A DNA stretch of 60,719 bases. It comes from a virus (Duplodnaviria > Caudoviricetes). Location of the stretch: the IMG/VR virus record IMGVR_UViG_3300033143_005582, positions 1 to 60,719 of that record; one strand, written 5' to 3'. Of this stretch, positions 56,544 to 60,719 are shown piece after piece; position 1 is the stretch's first letter, and the number at the start of each line of letters is the position of its first letter. The notes beneath the pieces are model-generated. The model worked only from the letters and a program-made list of their open reading frames with translations. It was not told the origin of the DNA and did no database searches. The position numbers and the translations under genes were made by a program.

Positions 56544-57878
56544 ATGAAAGCAAGCGATATAATAAATCAATTAAGAGCAGTATTACCAAAACATAGTACT
56601 AAATTTTCAACTTTTAAAAATGTTGTTAGTTTGAGTTCAAGTGGAACTTTAGCAAGTGCAAATGTTGTTGGACATGGTCTTTCTACTGGGGAAAATGCTT
56701 TAATTATTGGTGCAAAAATTCCATATTTAATTGATGATTTAACAAGAGTTGGTGAACAAGCAACTTGTATAACTGATACTATAAATGATATAACTTTTTT
56801 TAATCGTGATGATATTTTACAAGAAGTTGAAATTATAGGAGCTAATGAATCTGATTATAATGGAACAAAAACCTTAATAGTACCAAAAGTATTAAATATT
56901 TCAAGTTTAACAAAAGTTGGTGATGTTATTACTGCAATTACCACAGAGGAACATGGATTTGTTGTTAATTCAAATTTTAAAATAAGAATATGGAATGTAA
57001 ATCAAGGAATTTATAATCAAGAAGAAATAGAGGTTGTGAGTGTTCTATCTTCAACTTCATTTACTTATGAGGTGAAAGGGGAAACAACAAGCCCCGCAAC
57101 AACAAATTCTATTATTCAATGCCAAGCTTTATATAATAAATATACATTTTTCTTTGAAGTTAAAAACTCTCCAACGACCCCCGCGACAGGCACAATTTAT
57201 CAATTATTATATAAGAATGCTGGTTATAATGGTTTTAAAGAAATAACAAAAGTTGATGCTAATAATTTTACTTATGTTTTAGATAATGCTTTAAATTCTC
57301 CTGCACAAGGAACTATAACTTGTGATGTAGCAAGAAGAATTGATGGAGGAATAAGTATAGATACAATAGAAAAAGCTTATACAAAACAAAGTGAAAATAA
57401 TTATAATTTATATTTATTGATCAATGATACTTTATCATCAAAACAAAGAGCTGAATTAACTGACATAACTTATGTTTATAAGAAAGGTGCTACATATAGA
57501 CAAGATTTATATTATAATTTTGATTTAATAGCTTTTATACCTACTAAAAATGAATTGACGGCTATTAAAGTAATGGACGATATTGAAGATATTAGAAAAG
57601 CAATATTTAGAAGTATTTTAGGTGTTTTTTTTAATAGTGAACTTAATGAAGAAGATACGAATAAATTTGATGGTGTTGTTTTTGTTAGTGATGGTTTTGA
57701 AGATTACAATGGTTCTTTTTATGAACATAGGTTTTCATTTCAAGTAGCAGGTGAAATATTAACACCTGATATTGTTGATGAAAATGATAGTTCTGCATTC
57801 AATGAAATTATAGAAACTTATAAAGACAAAGATGATTCTATTGGTTCAGTTATTGGCAATCCATTATTAAGAGATTGA
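56544..57878 (+). CDS. Tail terminator (Mu gp37-like) with three nested beta-domain insertions
   Basis: Synteny before sheath; terminator-like N- and C-termini flank an insert at about aa 26-262. Confidence 0.65.
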   Translation: MKASDIINQLRAVLPKHSTKFSTFKNVVSLSSSGTLASANVVGHGLSTGENALIIGAKIPYLIDDLTRVGEQATCITDTINDITFFNRDDILQEVEIIGANESDYNGTKTLIVPKVLNISSLTKVGDVITAITTEEHGFVVNSNFKIRIWNVNQGIYNQEEIEVVSVLSSTSFTYEVKGETTSPATTNSIIQCQALYNKYTFFFEVKNSPTTPATGTIYQLLYKNAGYNGFKEITKVDANNFTYVLDNALNSPAQGTITCDVARRIDGGISIDTIEKAYTKQSENNYNLYLLINDTLSSKQRAELTDITYVYKKGATYRQDLYYNFDLIAFIPTKNELTAIKVMDDIEDIRKAIFRSILGVFFNSELNEEDTNKFDGVVFVSDGFEDYNGSFYEHRFSFQVAGEILTPDIVDENDSSAFNEIIETYKDKDDSIGSVIGNPLLRD

Positions 57879-58186
57879 TTTTTTAATTTTAAATTTTTAA
57901 TTAATTTTATTTGTTTTTTTATAACATTGCGAAATTTTTTAACTTCAATATTTTTTTGTTTATTTGAAGACCTTATTTTCTTAATTATTTGAAAAAAATA
58001 TATTTCTCTTTTTAAAGAATCATATTTATAGTAATCATTATCCTTACATAATTTATATAATTTAGATATAGAACATTTACATTCTTTTGATGCTTTATCT
58101 AAAATAGTATAAAAAGATTGTTTTTTCTTATTTTTGTCTGCGTAAATTTCAATAATTAAATTTTTTAATATTTCATTATTTTTCAT
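57818..58186 (-). CDS. Antisense moron-like ORF, possible HTH protein
   Basis: Opposite strand inside the late operon, own TTGACA at 58240-58245; ASKECKCSISKLYKL HTH-like. Confidence 0.5.
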   Translation of the reverse strand: MKNNEILKNLIIEIYADKNKKKQSFYTILDKASKECKCSISKLYKLCKDNDYYKYDSLKREIYFFQIIKKIRSSNKQKNIEVKKFRNVIKKQIKLIKNLKLKNQSLNNGLPITEPIESSLSL

Positions 58187-58277
58187 AATTTGGAGGTTTT
58201 CCAAAATTAATACTTTATTATTTTAAAATAAAATATATATGTCAATATTGCAATAGATAATTTAATTTAAATTAATT

Positions 58278-58487
58278 ATGAAAAAAGAAACTTCCAAAAC
58301 TATTAAAATAAAAGTCTTAAAGTCTATAATATATAAAAATAAAAATTTAAAAAACAAAACTATAAATATTAAGGTTGATTGCAATAAAATTCCTTTAGAA
58401 AAATTTTGGAGAGATATATTTAAAGATAGTAAAATGGATAATTCTATTAAAATTTTAATAAAACCCGAGGTACAAAATGGCGAATAA
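58278..58487 (+). CDS. Mu gp38 / DUF2635-like small tail protein
   Basis: FWRDIFKD motif immediately before the sheath gene. Confidence 0.65.
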   Translation: MKKETSKTIKIKVLKSIIYKNKNLKNKTINIKVDCNKIPLEKFWRDIFKDSKMDNSIKILIKPEVQNGE

Positions 58488-59997
58488 AAATCCAATAATT
58501 GATGCTTTTATTGTAAACGCAAGAATTCCTGCAGTTTTACCACAGAGAAAAGCTTTAATAATAGGTCAATCAAATGATGCCGATATTACATCAGGAGTTT
58601 TATATACAGAAATCTTAAATGACAAAGTTGTTATAAAAGCTCAATTTGGTGGAAATGAAAATTTAACAAAATCAATTTTAGCTTTTAGAGAAAATAACCC
58701 AGTAAATAGATTAGATGTAATTCCTTTAAATGATAATGGTGTTAATTATGCTGGTGGTTTAGTTGTATTTACAGGAAGCGCCGCAGAAGAAAATGGAACA
58801 TTAAAAATATCAATTGGAAGTTCGTATTTTAATAAATATGAGGTTTCAGTTTCAAAAGATGATACTCCTACAGAAATAGGCGATGCATTGGAAGCTTTAA
58901 TAACTGCTGATGATTTAGCTTGGGTTTCAGGTGTAAATACTGCTGGTTCAGTTGCTTTGACTGCGAATAATGCAGGAACAGTCGGTAATGATATAGGAAT
59001 ACGAGTTGAAGGGGAAATTGCAGGAATCACTTCAACAATTACAGCTATGACAGCAGGTTCTACCGACCCAGTTTTAACAAGTTTATTTGATGTTATAGCA
59101 AAAGAAAGATATGATGTTATAATTGCTCCATTATATGTACAATCAGTATTAGCAACAGAATTAGATTCAAGATTTAATCCTTCTAACACAATTTTAGATG
59201 GTATAGGTTATTTTTGTGAAATGGAAACAGCAACAAATCAAGGTACTTCTTTAGATGCAATTGCAACAAGAAATATAAACTATGAATGTAATAAAAAAAT
59301 AAATGATGCAGATTTAAAAGGTGGTGCTATTTTAGAGCAACCAACAGTCATTGCAGCAAGAAAGGGTGCTTTTAGAATTTTAAAAAGAACTCAAGATGCA
59401 AACATAGCTCGTTATATGCAAAATGGTTTAACAAGTGGTGGAGTTCCTTTAAATTCAATTCCATATTTCAATACAGAAATTGCAGAACTTCCAGTAATTC
59501 CAACAGGAAAAGAATATAGTGATTTAGAAATTGCAACACTTGAAGGAAAAGGTGGTAGTGTTATGACAAATAATGATACTAAAACAAAAATAATTATGAA
59601 TAAAGAATTTGTTGTTGATGTTTCTATAACTCCAAATAACAGAGTTCAAAGAGAAGATTTAATAAGAGAAGTTAGAGAAACAAGGTTTTTTAGAAATAAA
59701 TTAAGATATGTACAAAGCCGTTTAGTTTCTGACGGGCAAGAAAAAGATGGACAACCTGATGTAAGTCCTTCAAGTTATAAAGCTGATGCCTTAGGTGATT
59801 GGAAATTTTTTGTTAAACAATCTTTGGTAAGAACTAAATTAGAAAATGGAGAATCTGCAAAACAATTATTTATAGATACTATAGAAAGTTCATTTACAAT
59901 AAATTATTCAACAGGAACAATTACAAACGATTTCTTAGTAAGCGAAGTTGTAGCTTTAGACAAAATTATAGAAAGAATTATTCCTGATTTTCAATAA
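58477..59997 (+). CDS. Contractile tail sheath (Mu gpL-like)
   Basis: ALIIGQ, QFG, VALTANNAGTVGNDI, AMTAGSTDP. Confidence 0.9.
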   Translation: MANKNPIIDAFIVNARIPAVLPQRKALIIGQSNDADITSGVLYTEILNDKVVIKAQFGGNENLTKSILAFRENNPVNRLDVIPLNDNGVNYAGGLVVFTGSAAEENGTLKISIGSSYFNKYEVSVSKDDTPTEIGDALEALITADDLAWVSGVNTAGSVALTANNAGTVGNDIGIRVEGEIAGITSTITAMTAGSTDPVLTSLFDVIAKERYDVIIAPLYVQSVLATELDSRFNPSNTILDGIGYFCEMETATNQGTSLDAIATRNINYECNKKINDADLKGGAILEQPTVIAARKGAFRILKRTQDANIARYMQNGLTSGGVPLNSIPYFNTEIAELPVIPTGKEYSDLEIATLEGKGGSVMTNNDTKTKIIMNKEFVVDVSITPNNRVQREDLIREVRETRFFRNKLRYVQSRLVSDGQEKDGQPDVSPSSYKADALGDWKFFVKQSLVRTKLENGESAKQLFIDTIESSFTINYSTGTITNDFLVSEVVALDKIIERIIPDFQ

Positions 59998-60011
59998 ATA
60001 AAAGGTAAAAA

Positions 60012-60380
60012 ATGGCAAATAAAGACCCAGTTTTAAAAATAAACAAGAAAAAAGTAGATTATGAACCAAATTCTTTATGGTATCAAAAAGGAAATTCAAC
60101 AAGAAAATATTTTCCTACAACTGGTGGAGATGTTATTCAAACAGAGGATCTTTCAGAAGCAATTGGAAAAGTTGGTTTTAAATTAAGAACCATTGATAAA
60201 AGTGAAAAATTATTTAATGAATTTATAGATTTAGGTAGTTTAAATGTTATTACTATAAATACAGGGGATTTAAATAAAATTTATGATGGTATGAGTATTT
60301 CTAATTCAAATGAAAAAATTGAAAGAGGTTCAGATAGTACTTTTCCAGTTGAATTTGGTGGTGATCCAGCAAGTGAATAA
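60012..60380 (+). CDS. Tail tube protein
   Basis: Size and position after the sheath; VEFGG terminus. Confidence 0.8.
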   Translation: MANKDPVLKINKKKVDYEPNSLWYQKGNSTRKYFPTTGGDVIQTEDLSEAIGKVGFKLRTIDKSEKLFNEFIDLGSLNVITINTGDLNKIYDGMSISNSNEKIERGSDSTFPVEFGGDPASE

Positions 60381-60397
60381 TAATAAATAAAAAAATT

Positions 60398-60719
60398 ATG
60401 AAAGAAAAAAAAATAGAGTTTATTTTTAAATTAACAAAATCTTTTAAAGTTCAATCAGAAAAAACTGGAGGGGGTTTTGAAATTAAAGAGTGTAAAGAAT
60501 TAAGATTAGTTGCTCCATCTAAAAAAAATCAATATATAATTGGTGATAGATTACAAGGAATATATTCTGTAGCAATGATAAGAATGTCAAAAGAGGCTTC
60601 TACAGGAAAAGAAATAATTAATGATGATGACGAAAAAATATTAACAGAAAAAGAAAAAAGGTCAGGTATAAAATTAGTTCTCATAACTGGTTTACAAGAT
60701 GATACTCAAAAATTTTATA
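60398..60719 (+). CDS. Tail assembly chaperone, 5' part (continues at window start)
   Basis: ATG 60398, frame open across the circular junction. Confidence 0.8.
   Translation, partial: MKEKKIEFIFKLTKSFKVQSEKTGGGFEIKECKELRLVAPSKKNQYIIGDRLQGIYSVAMIRMSKEASTGKEIINDDDEKILTEKEKRSGIKLVLITGLQDDTQKFY
60606..60719 (+). repeat. Terminal direct repeat, copy 2
   Basis: Identical to 1-114. Confidence 0.97.

Larger units (their letters stand above)
1..60719. mobile_element. Complete circular tailed phage genome (HK97-like head, Mu-like contractile tail), probable phage-plasmid
   Basis: Full set of head, tail, lysis and replication genes; terminal 114-bp overlap; ParA present, no integrase recognised. Confidence 0.93.

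Noticed and set aside
60606-60719. 114-bp terminal repeat as a biological direct terminal repeat
   Set aside because: It cuts through the chaperone gene and is best explained as circular assembly overlap

Overview
The window is an apparently complete, circularly permuted genome (about 60.6 kb) of a very AT-rich tailed phage. Bases 1-114 repeat 60606-60719 and cut through the tail-chaperone gene. It joins an HK97-type head (PBSX-type TerL, portal, ClpP+S78 double protease, major capsid protein) to a Mu-like contractile tail and baseplate, followed by tail fibres and a holin/spanin/M15 endolysin module. A leftward arm encodes ParA plus a small RHH partner, SSB-like, RNase HI, RecT, YqaJ, DnaB and an iteron-bearing initiator. 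A rightward accessory arm carries many small ORFs, three methyltransferase-like genes, GroES, a J-domain protein and a host-like LysR/GNAT pair. I recognised no integrase, so a plasmid-prophage lifestyle is inferred. The main unexplained signals are: (1) five covarying stem-loops separating consecutive small ORFs at 37.4-38.4 kb, like a cassette array; (2) a 665-bp non-coding mosaic of 11-bp-phased iterons and inverted-repeat modules at 35.3-36.0 kb, whose core motifs recur elsewhere; (3) a five-way-junction RNA candidate behind the SSB-like gene; (4) nested domain insertions in the tail terminator; (5) the ClpP-HK97 protease fusion; (6) an orphan DinJ/RelB-like C-terminus; (7) a -1 frameshift in the tail chaperone. 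All protein calls are motif recognition by eye, not database results.
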